Shown in pieces: positions 52,091-64,000 of a stretch of 64,000 nucleotides of DNA. Both the position numbers and the translations under genes were made by a program. A model generated the notes under the pieces. It did no database searches. It saw nothing but the letters and a program-made list of their open reading frames with translations, and was not told where the DNA came from. This DNA comes from Octopus vulgaris. Lineage: Eukaryota. The DNA is taken from assembly GCA_951406725.2 (NCBI GenBank), contig OX597838.1:31682001-31746000 (forward strand), in the 5' to 3' direction. Position 1 is the first letter of the stretch. Every line of letters starts with the position of its first letter.

Positions 52091-53756
52091 TTTTATACTA
52101 AAATTATGGTATAGTTATATAGTATAACTGTAGTGTAGTTATATGGTATAACTGTAGTATATTTATATAGTATAACTATGGTATAAATTATGTGTAAGCT
52201 TGTTTGTGGAATTGCAAATATTAAAAAGAAAGAATAAGATAAAATGTGCTGGATCCATGGCCATCATTTCTACAAATATGAGAAAGTAAGAGATGTTTTA
52301 TGATAAAGGTGTTAGTGCAGAGTTGAATAGGTACAGCACTGGACTGTGTTGCTTTGCGTTCTGAGTTCAAATATTGCTGAAGTCAAATTAGCCTTTTATC
52401 CCCCTGAGATCAATTAATGAAAGTACCAGTCAAATATTAGGTTTATTGACTGTATTCTCCTCTTCAAATTTGTGGCTGTTCCTCTGTGATAAATGATTAT
52501 TAATTGAAGTTGATGATGCTATTGTTTAACCCCTGGTCATGTCTGATCCTGTAAGCCTCTGATTAGAGATGTTCCAAAGATGATCAATTTAATGTTTTCA
52601 GTTTTTCATACTTAGTGTATCTAGGACTGCATTTCACAATGTTCCTTCCTCTTTAAATACAGTTGTCTCTAATTTGAGGGATACTTGGCTGCTATTTAAG
52701 CCAGTCAAGTGACTGTATAGACACTCTCTTGTTGACTCAAAAGAAAGGAAGATTATTTTTTTTAGGATAGCTGTTGTTTAGTCTTAGATCAGCTTGAATC
52801 TAGCAAATATTATTAAACCATGACCAGCTTGTCCTTTCTTCTCCATTCCACCCCGACATGGTGTATCTAGGACTATATGATTCAATGTCCTTCCCTTTTC
52901 TCTTTTTAATTTAAGGCAATAGGATGTGATTTGAGGAAAATTTGACAGCTGTTCTTAGCAAGTCTAGTGGATATGCAGGCTTCCTGTTTGGCTCATAAGA
53001 GAGGAATGAGGATTGTTTGCAGTAATTAGTGACTGTGCTAATTACAGAAGGAACCTTAAATCAAAACAACAATGAAATATTTCAACACGCATATATTATT
53101 TGAGATGCTACCCTTCCTCCATATTACTTTATAAATGTTGTCTTCTCTTTTCATTTAGGGTGTTATTAAGACTTTTAGTGTCACTTGAAACTGTATACAA
53201 CTATCTATCATTTCAGTTTAATCTCATTATAAAAACCTTTATTTTTGTTTAATTCCTAAATCTGTTTGTCCTTATTTCATCTCTGACCTGACCCCATTTC
53301 TTAATACATTTGGCCTACTTTTATTGTTATTATCTTCTCCCTGCCAATCATCAAGTGATGACATTTAGCTTTCACTCTTCCAGCCTCTCTCAACATGTCA
53401 CTCCAGTCAGTCTATCTCAGTTTCTCTTACAGACAGCAGTTAAGTGACTGAAACCTTTCATTTCACACCACCTGTTGCCCTCACATCCAAATCTCTTCTT
53501 TGCTTTATCTTCACACCACCTGTCTCCAGCCCACCCTTGATATTCAGACACCTTCCTCTCTTCATTTCACTCATGTTACACACCCACAGCAGAATATATA
53601 TAATCATGCTCTTTATTATTATTCCCTATACATTGTTTTTGTTTGATTCAGAATTTATCAATAATTTTTCTATTTCCTCCTATCTCAATCAGTTTCTCTC
53701 AATTTGAAATTCATAAAATATCTTTTTCTTTTATCAACCTGAGGTATTAGGATAAG

Positions 53757-53817
<61 letters not shown>

Positions 53818-53964
53818 AGATTAATCAAGATTAATCAGCCGAAATTGCTAGGATGATCCGGTTCTTGACTGAAGATTGAAGGCTTCGAATGTCCTGTCCG
53901 TGTTTTTTGTATCGTCTTCTAAATGTTTTACGTTCTTGTCCCAGTTTGTATTTTTCTACATATA

Positions 53965-53982
53965 ACACACACACACACACAC

Positions 53983-54071
<89 letters not shown>
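53965..54071. repeat. (CA)n microsatellite
   Basis: Seen directly. Confidence 0.95.
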
Positions 54072-54073
<2 letters not shown>

Positions 54074-54266
54074 GGGGGCTTTGAGTAAAAGGAAATACAG
54101 GAGGATCAGTTAATGATGATTTTATCCAACATGTTCCCCTCCCAGATTAATACACTTGTTGCAGTGGTCCTTCAGTTTTTCTAAGCCCTATAAAAGAACT
54201 CAGAAGGTTGGGCCTCCAACCTGGCCTTTCGTGATACCCTTAAAGCCAGGAACTTTTCAGCACCCC

Positions 54267-54270
<4 letters not shown>
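54071..54270. mobile_element. Mariner-derived MITE between (CA)n and (TG)n tracts
   Basis: Ends caagggggct... / ...ggaacttttcagcacccctttg resemble mariner TIRs. Confidence 0.5.
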
Positions 54271-54301
<31 letters not shown>

Positions 54302-57300
54302 ATGCGCTCGCGCACACACACTAATGACAAACGAGCATGTGGTTCTACATCAACTCTCTTGAAACAGGTGAGCCCCAACCCTGTTGAAATTGTGGTTCTT
54401 CAGTTGTCAAACAAACATGGTTGTTGATGTCTCTAGAGTTACAACCCAATGGTTATTTTAGGGGCGAAGTATATATTTAGGTAAATTGTTTGTATGACGG
54501 CTTTCTCCCCCCCCCCCTCCCCACTCTTCTATTGAATGGAATTCTTAAGTAAGCACAGAAGCTAGTTTAAAGTTCAGAGCTTGTTGATGTAACAAGGTAA
54601 GAGAGCAAATAACGATGGTGATGTAGTTGTTGATGGTGGTAGAAGTGATGGAGGTGATGAAAGAAGCGCATTTCCCAGAAAGAAATACAAAAGAAAGAGA
54701 GAGAGAGGGATTTCGTGTGTTGTTGAAATATAATTAGGGAGCTTCTTTAATCAGTACACCTGGAGATTACTTGCAGAGAGAAGATGAAAGGAGAAGATAA
54801 ACCAGTTGACTATAATTACATAGAATTAACAAAATTCATATCCTCCCCTCTCGACTTAATCTATCTCCCACATGGTCCCTTTCTCTTCTGGCTGCTGTCG
54901 GCTTTAATTGCTTCGAATGACATATGAAAATGCTTTATGATTAACAAAATATCATCATGGTGATTTGAATAGCATCATCAAGAACAAAAACAAAAGACAA
55001 GAAAAAAAAAAAAACCAATGGGGGGGGGAAGGGTTCTCATGGTGTTTCTGATATTATTTCATTCAGAGTTGCTGAAGGCAATCTGTTAAAGAAAGTAGCA
55101 TCTCTAAAGTAAAACTGAAGCATTATCAAATCGAGAGAGCATCCGTGAGAGTCAAGGAGAACAATCTCTGTCAGAGCTGATGTTACAGAAAACGTATTGA
55201 TATGGTTTATTGCAGTATATCAAACCCAGAAGGTCATTCTGGTTTAGAGTATTTGAAAAACATTTTACTGAACAGAACTCTGATATTTACAAATACAGTG
55301 TCGTATAGACTTACTTAGTTGTTGCTATGACATTGTAATAATTAGGATAATTGGTTTTACCTTCACTAATCATCTATTACTGTCTAATAGCTTGAATCAT
55401 TTGACATGTCAGATAAGCAGTTTGCCTTCTCTAAGCAAGAATATTGTTATTATTGAGTTCATGTGTCAGGTTATGTCATAGATAAGATAGCTATATGTAC
55501 AGCACTTTGTATCTGCTACGCTTCTGTTTGCTCTATTACACAGAGTAAATTTTGCGTAGATCTGTGTAGATTTGTAGTCAGTTGAACTGTGATATAATTG
55601 AAGTGTGATCTTGTTAAAAATATTGTCTGTTTTCTCACTATTAACTTTCTCCTGTAAAGATGAAAAACATTACCAAATGTAAATCTGAAGTTCAAATTCC
55701 ATTGAGGATGACTTCCCCTTTCATCCTTTCGGGGGTCAATAAAAAAAGGACCAGTTCAGCATTGGGTTTATATCATTGGATTTCCTCCTAAAATTAGAAA
55801 GGAAAAGGTATATAAATTTACATAAAACTAGCACAGTGTAGGGAGGGGTTTTTAGTTTAGCAAATAACTTCTTTAGGGATGCTTGCATGATAAAATACAC
55901 GCTGGTTGGTGATGGGAATTAAGAAGAAAGAGGAAAGGAAACTGAAGGGATGTGGTCTCAGTAATGCTCAGTTCAAGTAACTCATCTAGGGGAAGAGTAA
56001 CTCTGAATAAAAATTGATACGAGTAGAGGGGACACTTTAGTTCTGACATATGTACTCTCAAGTGATTGCTCTGAATTCATATTGTAAAGTGGTTGGCAAT
56101 TGGAAGGACATCCAACCATAAGAATGGTCCAAATATGTATCACAATACACAACAGTAAACATTGGTGGTTTTTACTGTTGTTGTGTGTGTCAGTGACAAG
56201 ATCTCTGTACTGGAACAAACCTATCACCTATATGAGTATAGAGAAACAGTGACAACAGTGATGATTAATTATAGCATTTGCACTCTAAATTTCATGTGGT
56301 TTGACCTGTGGATGGCCATCAGATGCCTTATTCCTGAATAGATCTTTCTTTCTTTTAGGTGCCATGTCCAGAATGTAGGACATAAGCGATCATGTCCTGC
56401 CACAATCCTCTGTTCTTTGTTCTCTGTAACAGTTCCAATGCCTCTTTCTTCCAACCAGTTCATCAATCTTAGCATCCGTACCATCTTTCTCTTTCCTCCG
56501 CTTCTCTTCCTTTCAGTCTCTCTGGTTGTAGCTAAATTCTTCAGGCCCTTATTTTCCGAATAGATACATAATTCATTTCTTAAATAGATACAATATTAAC
56601 CTGACTTAAAGAATAAAGATTCCTAGTGTGGCAGTTTCAGTGTGGTACTATGCAAATCTAAAAATAATGCTGATTGGATATCAATTCACTTGAAACCTGT
56701 TTAAAAAAAAAGTTATTATCTTTAATGTTGGAGGTTAATAGACTGAGGAAATATCATGATTCATGACTTTCAATTATGTTTTTATGGCCAAGCACCACTG
56801 GTACTTGATATAAATACAGGAGATGCCTGGCTAAAGATCTATCATGTGTCAATGCTAAAAACATTGAAAGAGGTAATTATGGATAAGCAATGCGAGGGGG
56901 AAATATGATAGTAGTCAATGAAAATAACTTCAAACATATTTTGGTCTTATTCTGACCTCTTTAGGGAAGCTTGTACTTGTCAAAATAATGATGAAAGAAT
57001 TAATATTATGCAAGATTATTTTTACATTTAAACCAAAACATGCTTTGTCTTATGTCCTTACTAAAAATATCAAAATATTAGTTGACTAAATTTTTTAATC
57101 TCTTCCCTCATAATTATTTTAATGCTTACTGTATTAAATCACTTAACACACTAACTTAACTATTATTTTCCAATTGAATAAACAATTCAGTTTTCTTTTC
57201 TATATTAATGATTGTACAGTCTTTGTGCTGGAATGGGTTTGCTAGGTCTGCTTTGCATAATATTACCAATTGTCTGTAGGCAAAGGAAAAAGAAACACTT

Positions 57301-58000
57301 AAACTAATAAAATACTTCAAAATCATTAATTAAAATATCTACATGTAATAAATGACATTGGTTTTATTTGTAATTAACATTATGTTAACTTCAAAGTAGT
57401 TTTTGTCTGTCTTTGATGTTGTTGTCACTAATTAAACAACAACTACAATAACAACAACAACAACATAAGCGTATAAAATGTCTCTGTTGCTGAACTTGAT
57501 GTATTTTATGTTCCATATTTAAACTTGGATTGCTAAAACATCTGTTATTTGCATTCTTTGGTGGTGTTCTTATTTTTATACACTACTGCCACCGTCACTG
57601 ATATTACAACTACTTCTACAACTACCGTACATACCACTACTACCATTATTACTACTCCAGCTATGACTGCTATGCCTACGACCTCCATGGGCGATGGTGG
57701 CACAACTAGTAATATCACAGGCATTTCCACTAATAATAACACCCTCATTAAAACCACTGGCTACCATGGTCATCACCACTACTATAACCACTTCTATAAG
57801 TACCACCACCATCACTAGAAGGTGTATGTGTGGCTATGTGGTTAAGAACTTCACTTTGCAACTACATGGCTTTGGTTCAATCTCACTGTACATCTCTTTG
57901 GGTATGTGTCTTTTACCATAGCCTCAAAGTCTTGTGACTGAGATTTGAAAGATGGAAACTGTGTGGAATCTCATTAAGAAGATCTTTCCTGTCTCTAGCT

Positions 58001-58330
58001 GGCAGACTTAGCATAACGGTATCTGATCATAACACAATGATGTCATGTATTAGCACCCTGGTATCTGATCATAGCACAATGATGTTGTATCTTAGCATAC
58101 TGGTGTCTGATCATAGCACACTAGTGTTTTCTTATAGAGCAGTGGGGTCGGGTCTTAGCATAGTGGTGTCATGTCATAGCACACTGGTGTCTGATCATAG
58201 TTTAGCAGTGTCCTAGGTTAGCACGCTGGAGTCTTATCATAGCACACTAGTGTCTTATCTTGACATACAGGTGACCTATCTTAACACAATGGTGTTGTAT
58301 CTTAACACATTGGTGTTATCTTAGCACAGT
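58001..58330. repeat. Minisatellite, 21-bp unit (gtctgatcatagcacactggt), ~16 diverged copies
   Basis: Units recur in exact 21-bp register. Confidence 0.85.
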
Positions 58331-59130
58331 ATTACTTGAGATATACTAATGTTATATCTCAAAAAATTTATCTTCTATCCACTTACCATAGCAAAGAAGG
58401 CAGCTAAGCAATGGCCAAAGAAACATTTCTTGAGATTAGGTAATATTTACACACATTTGCCCATCTTTTAGCTAGATTTCAATGGTTCTGTTAGACACCA
58501 ATAATGACACATCTAAAGGCAAAAACTTGCTTGGTAAAAAAAAAAGAAAAGGGTGCAAAAATTAAAAACTTTTTCAGAAAAATTGACACAAATTTTTGAG
58601 AGGAAGAGGGGAAAAAGGAGATGCTCTGTTGGTTTATTTTTTGTATGTATTTTTAAAATTTTATTTTTTTCTCTTTTGTATCCTATTTAAAAGTTTATTG
58701 CATTATTTTTCTTAAAATAGTCATTTATTTAGGACAACATATGGTTGACTCACTAATGTTCCAAAAGTAAAACTGACCCCCCTCTTTTCACACCATTACC
58801 ATACTGTCGGCACTACCCCTCCCAAATTTACAAAAATATCCTGCCAGTGGGGGTTATTCTGCAAAGGAAATATTTGAAATTTGATACTGAGTGCGATGAA
58901 CACTTTGGTAACACTCTGGTTTGTTACCAATACACACACACACACACACACACACACAGAATTATCCTTCAGTTTACATGGTAGATTGGTCCTGTGAGTT
59001 ATGGTATATATTGAAATCATGTAAAATGTGGCAAATATGCTGCTAACGATATTTCTGATAAAACACAAAATTCACACAACTCTTTATTGAAATGGGTATA
59101 ATAAATACAATTATATGTCTGCCTATATAG

Positions 59131-59174
<44 letters not shown>

Positions 59175-59398
59175 CATCATCATCATCATCATCATCATTT
59201 GGTGTCTGCTTTCGATGCTGGCATGGGTTAGATGGTTTGACAAATTGGAGAGCTGCACCAGGTTCCAATCTGATTTGGCGTGATTTCTACAGCTGGATGC
59301 CCTTCCTTAACACCAACCACTCCAAAAGTGAAATGGGTGCTTTTTACATGTCACCGGCACGGGTACAAGTTACATGTCATTGGCATGGGACATAACTA

Positions 59399-59500
59399 TT
59401 GGGTCATCCCGTAAATAATGCAGTTTTTTTCAATTTCTTGAACTAAAAGTCGGAGGGGGACGGGATAAACTACCTGCATCAACTTGCTATAAAAGCAGGT
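59399..59500 (+). mobile_element. Left end of the mariner family seen at 7987-8852
   Basis: ta|ttgggtcatcccgtaaataatgcagtttt...aaagtcggagggg matches 7987-8090. Confidence 0.8.
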
Positions 59501-59695
59501 AGATATGGCCAGTTTGAATGCTAAAAGGTTAAGCCTGAAGTTTGTGTCATAGAACCAGAGGCAGTCTTGGGTGGCTGCGTGGCTTAGTATCAAAATAGTT
59601 TGAGAGAAACTGATTTTATTGATATTTGAATCTCATTATTCATTTGTGATTATATTTAACAAAATCTAAAAGCAATTATAAGTGTTTGTTTAGAG

Positions 59696-60217
59696 CAGGG
59701 GTTCTCAATCATTTTTTATTTATGGATCCCTTTGATTACTATTTTTCTCTGGTGGAACCCCATAGCCACTTGATGTATAAAAGCTAGTTTTATAGAAACT
59801 TCCTTCAAAATTCCTATTTAGTCTTTCACACATTAACTTTTGTAGGTTGAAATATGTAAAATGTTTGAGAAAGAAACCTAGTCGTTTCTTGCTATACATA
59901 CCGATACATACATTTAAAGCAAAATGTTTTCAGGAGCCCTTAAATAAGTAGGAGAGGGGCTTTCTCCGTCTGGGTTGCGGATCCGTGGAATAAGCTGCCG
60001 GACGAGATGCCGATGACCGCTCGGTTCAAAGTCTCTCTTGACCAGAAATGGCCTGAACTCTTTGCATGAACACCACCCTGTACATAACTCCATGTCCCCC
60101 TACATGGCCTTGCTTTTTGAGCCAAAAAATTAACTTAACTTATTGTAGATCCCCAGTTTACTATTTTGTTACATAGACCCCCTAAAATCTTATGTGGACC
60201 CTGGTCGAGAACCACTG
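59696..60217. mobile_element. hAT-like MITE (family H) interrupted by a CR1-like 3' end
   Basis: caggggttctcaa...tcgagaaccactg TIRs; body matches 4866-5213. Confidence 0.7.
59941..60141 (+). mobile_element. CR1-clade LINE 3' end
   Basis: RRGAFSVWVADPWNKLPDE (cf. CR1 FFSxRVVxxWNxLP), a short UTR and a (taact)n tail; absent from the sister MITE. Confidence 0.7.
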
Positions 60218-60657
60218 GTATTGAAGACATGAGCTGGAAATAAAATAATGAAAAGAAATAGAAATGACTTAATGGTCCTGCTTATGTAAAGAATGAAAAT
60301 AAAAATCCAAGCCCAAACCATGTGAAATTCTGCAAACTGAGTACCACATAAACCAAGGAAAAGCTGTGTGTGCATATGTATGCGTATGAGTGTATATATC
60401 ACCATCATCATCATTTGGTGTCTGCTTTCCATGCTGGCATGGGTTAGATGGTTTGACTGAATCTGGTAAGCTAGAGAGCTGCACTGGGTTCCTATCTGAT
60501 TTGGTGTAGCTTCTACAGCTGGATGCTCTTCCTAATTCCAACCACTCTAAGAGTGTAACGGGTGCTTTTTACATGCTACCAGCATGGAATATATTTATTT
60601 ATATATATATATATATATTCCAACCCATGGAAAACGGATGTTAAACGATGATGATGA

Positions 60658-60709
<52 letters not shown>

Positions 60710-61430
60710 CAAATGAAATAAATGAAAAACAGGACACAAAGGATGTTGCGGTACATATGTTTCGGGCTTTAGAGAACAACTTATTCTTACATCAATGCAT
60801 AATCGATATATATATATATATATATAAATAAATCATAGCTTCCTCACAAACTGACAACACACATACCTTGTGTATGTGCATTTGATATATATGTGTGTGT
60901 TTTTGTATATATGTATATATATAGTGTTTTTGTATATATATATATATATATATATAATGTCTTTTATCTTTTACTTGCCTCAGTCATTAGACTGCAGTCA
61001 TGTTGGGATACTGCCTTGAAGAATTTTTAGTTGAATGACTTTTTAAGCTGGGTACTTATTCTACCAGTCTCTTTTGCCAAAACACTAAATTACAGGGACG
61101 TAAACACTGCAACAACTGGTGGTTGGGGACACACACACACACATACAGCATTATAAAGATTGTCTTGCTCTTGGTAAGACAAAAGAGTCCTCATAAGGCC
61201 TGCATTGTTGCTGTTCATTTCAATTTAGCAACTGAATTCTCTTTTCAAGGTACCAGCACTTGCTAGGTCAGTTTGTTATTATGGCTCACAAGGTGAAAGA
61301 GAACCTCCATGACTGAAGGATTAATAGTTAAAGAATGAAGGAAGGAAGGAAAAGGGTTGTGGGAGGAGAGTAAGGGAGAGAGTAAGAGGGAACAGTGCTG
61401 TGTGTGTTTGTGGAGGAGGTATATGGAGAA

Positions 61431-61661
61431 GGCGGTGAGCTGGCAGAAACGTTAGCATGCTGGGCGAAACACTTAGCGTATTTCGTCTGCCGCTACGTTG
61501 TGAGTTCAAATTCCGCTGAGGTTGACTTGGCCTTTCATCCTTTCGGGGTCGATAAATTAAAGTACCAGTTACACACTGGGGTCGATGTAATCGACTTTAT
61601 ACCTATTTCTGTCTTTGTTTGTCCCCTCTATGTTTAGCCCCTTGTGGGTAATAAAGAAATA
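61431..61661 (+). mobile_element. Full-length family B SINE with TSD
   Basis: Starts ggcggtgagctggcagaaac; flanked by aggtatatggagaag / aggtataatggagaag. Confidence 0.85.
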
Positions 61662-62886
61662 GGTATAATGGAGAAGATAGGGGAAAAGGGAAAGGAAGAG
61701 TAATATCAGGGATTGGTGTGAGGGAGAAGGTAGTAAGAGTGGTGGGTAGGGTTGAGTACTGGGGGAGTATTGAGTTACTGGATGGGTCAAGTAAGAGGGA
61801 CTCTGTACTCTCCCATGTTCTATATTTCATCGTCTTTTCCAGTCTTCTTATCATGTTTGCATAGGTTGGATGGTCCTGGATGGTTCATTAGAGTCCAAGT
61901 CAGTTTTTATTGAAGTAACACAGGTGAGTGGTGGTGGTGGTGGTAGGAGGAGGAGATACTAACAGAGACAGTGTTAAGGATGTGGGCATTAGGTTGAGGA
62001 AGGGTTAGTAGTGTGAGGGGTTAGAGAGAGTGATAGTCAAAGGGGGTTGATTTGTAGGAGGTGCAGTGTGCCACCTCATGTTATAGATAGGTGGGTAGAG
62101 CAATGTGTGAAGGTGTGACAAGATGATGGTGATGATGATGATGATGATGATGATGAAGAGCATATCCTGAAGTTAACATGTCCAAGAGAGCATGGCCTCT
62201 GAAAAATTAGAGCAGGGTGAGAATAGGGGGTGCTAGAATGTAGTTCCCTTTTTCTCGTGATTCTTGTATCATGATTCAGAAGGATAGAAATTGCAAAGAA
62301 TACCTTGATACGAGTGATGGAAATAGGAGGAGGAGGAGGGGTATATTCAATATACATAAATGGATGCTTTCCAACAAGTTACAAGTGTTATGTTACAGTG
62401 AAGAAGAGAAGGGCTGATGAGGGGGATAAGAGGATTTAGAATACTGCAGGTAGGAGAATAGATGGCAGGAAAATGTGAGGGTATAGAGTAGGAAATAGGG
62501 GGAAGCGTGTACTGAGTAACAGGCAGGTGTAGATGCAGGTACCATTTCACTATTTTTAAATGGGTATTTATCCAAGCTTTCTTAGATCAGGCCTTATGTG
62601 TGTATATAACATACGTGTTCATGCATGCACGCACTCACACACACACACACACACACAGAAACATGGTTGTGTGGTTAAGAAGTTTGCATTGCAACCACTT
62701 GGTTTGGGCTCAATCCCATTGGATGGTACCTTGGGAAAGTGGTTTTTACTGTAGCTCTGAGCTGGTCAAAACCGGTTGAGTGAATTTAGTAGGAAGAAAC
62801 TGAAAGTATTTCAATACATACATACATATACACACACACACACATGCATACATACATCCATTCATCCTTACATACATACACATATA

Positions 62887-63680
62887 TCATCATCATTTAA
62901 TGTCCATTGTCCATGTTGGCATGGGTTTGACCAGAGCTGGCAAGCTGGAAGGCTGCACCAGACTCCAGCCTGAATTGGTATGGTTTTCTACAGCTGGATG
63001 CCCTTCCCATCACCAACCACTCCGAGAGTGTAACAGGTGCTTTTATGTGACACTGGCACAGGTGCCATTTACATCACACCAGTATCTGCCAAGACTGAGA
63101 TTTTGCTCAGCTTGATGGGTCTTCTTCCCAAGCACAACATAATTCCAAAGGTCTCAGTCATTGCCTCCACGAGGCCCAGCACTCCAAAAGAACTCAACCA
63201 CTTTGCCTCTGTGAGGTCCAATGCCCGAACAGAACATCTTTATTATTGAGCAGCCTCTTAGATGTTTTTATACATTGATGGTCATAATGTGCTTCTATTT
63301 TCTCCTGAGGCTGCACAGTTCTCTTTCCATGTGGTCTCTTCCAATCTCTTGCATACTGCCTGACAACTGCACAGGTCCACCTTTTTCTTTTCCTGAGCCT
63401 TACACCATGTTCAATACAACAGAAATTGTGCGTTCAATATTCTGCAATTACATCATTACTCCACTCCTTTCTTCAATTGTCTCCTTTTGGTTATGTTCCT
63501 GCAATGATATTCTTCGCATGGATCTCTCCATAGTCGTCTGTGTTGTACCAGTTGCTGTTACATATATAATAAATTGTGTGTGTGTGTGTGTTCACTCCTG
63601 CATTCCATCACTCATGAAAATGGCCCCAAGGTACTTTAACTTCTCCACATGCACAACTGGGTTGGAAATGGTGTCAGAAC
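62887..63680 (-). mobile_element. RTE LINE fragments (3' end plus RT C-terminal remnant)
   Basis: Family A UTR and ORF end at 62887-63230; VVHVEKLKYLGAIFMSDG (cf. RTE VxxFKYLGS) at ~63600-63660. Confidence 0.65.
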
Positions 63681-64000
63681 TGGCAGATGCTGGATCATCA
63701 TCATCATGGTTCAACATCTGGTCTCCATGCTGGCATGGGTGGGATGGATTGACATGGAGCTGGTTAGCAGGGAGCTGCCTGGATTCCAACTGTTTGTTGT
63801 GTCATTGTTTCTATGGCTGGATGCCCTTTCTAACACCAACCACTTAACAGATTGTGCTGGGTGTTTATGCAGCACTGGCATGTGTGCATTAATGCAACAC
63901 CCTCATGAGTGCTTTTTAAGTGGTACCAGCACCTGAAAGGACAAGCCTGTATGTATGGAAGACAGTGATCAATCTTCTGGAATTTACAGAGGGCATGGTA

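Noticed and set aside
63221-63847. 208-aa ORF, the longest in the track
   Set aside because: Antisense read-through of RTE fragments and a (TG)n tract.
37149-64000. Search for the next BLTP2 exon, e.g. acceptors at ~55066 and ~56358
   Set aside because: Candidates hit early stops or are antisense LINE debris; the next exon probably lies beyond the window.

Overview
Eukaryotic, AT-rich, repeat-saturated genomic DNA. The SINE/LINE repertoire and microsatellite density point to an octopod cephalopod, most likely Octopus (inferred, not proven). The only host-gene sequence I can support is two small + strand coding exons, 25881-26007 and 37096-37148. They splice in frame into a peptide that aligns without gaps to the N-terminal region of BLTP2 (KIAA0100/hobbit), as I recall the human sequence. 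The rest of the window is most likely very large intron of that gene. It holds tRNA-derived CORE-type and Nin/Deu-type SINEs, many 5'-truncated RTE LINE 3' ends, TTAA-flanked piggyBac-like MITEs (one triple-nested), hAT MITEs, three non-autonomous Helitrons, mariner and rosa-like transposase relics, an internally deleted Ty3/Gypsy element with both LTRs, minisatellites and microsatellites. Nearly all ORFs in the supplied track are artefacts of microsatellites or repeats. The most notable observations are: 22-bp tandem repeats at the 5' truncation points of two independent RTE insertions; several decayed hammerhead-ribozyme folds, all antisense to the host gene; a frame-symmetric 180-nt exon pair flanked by inverted SINEs (possible circRNA with an endless ORF); and a ~400-bp fold-back palindrome. 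I see no firm evidence of a new biological system; these are leads. Repeat boundaries were read by eye and may be off by a few bases.
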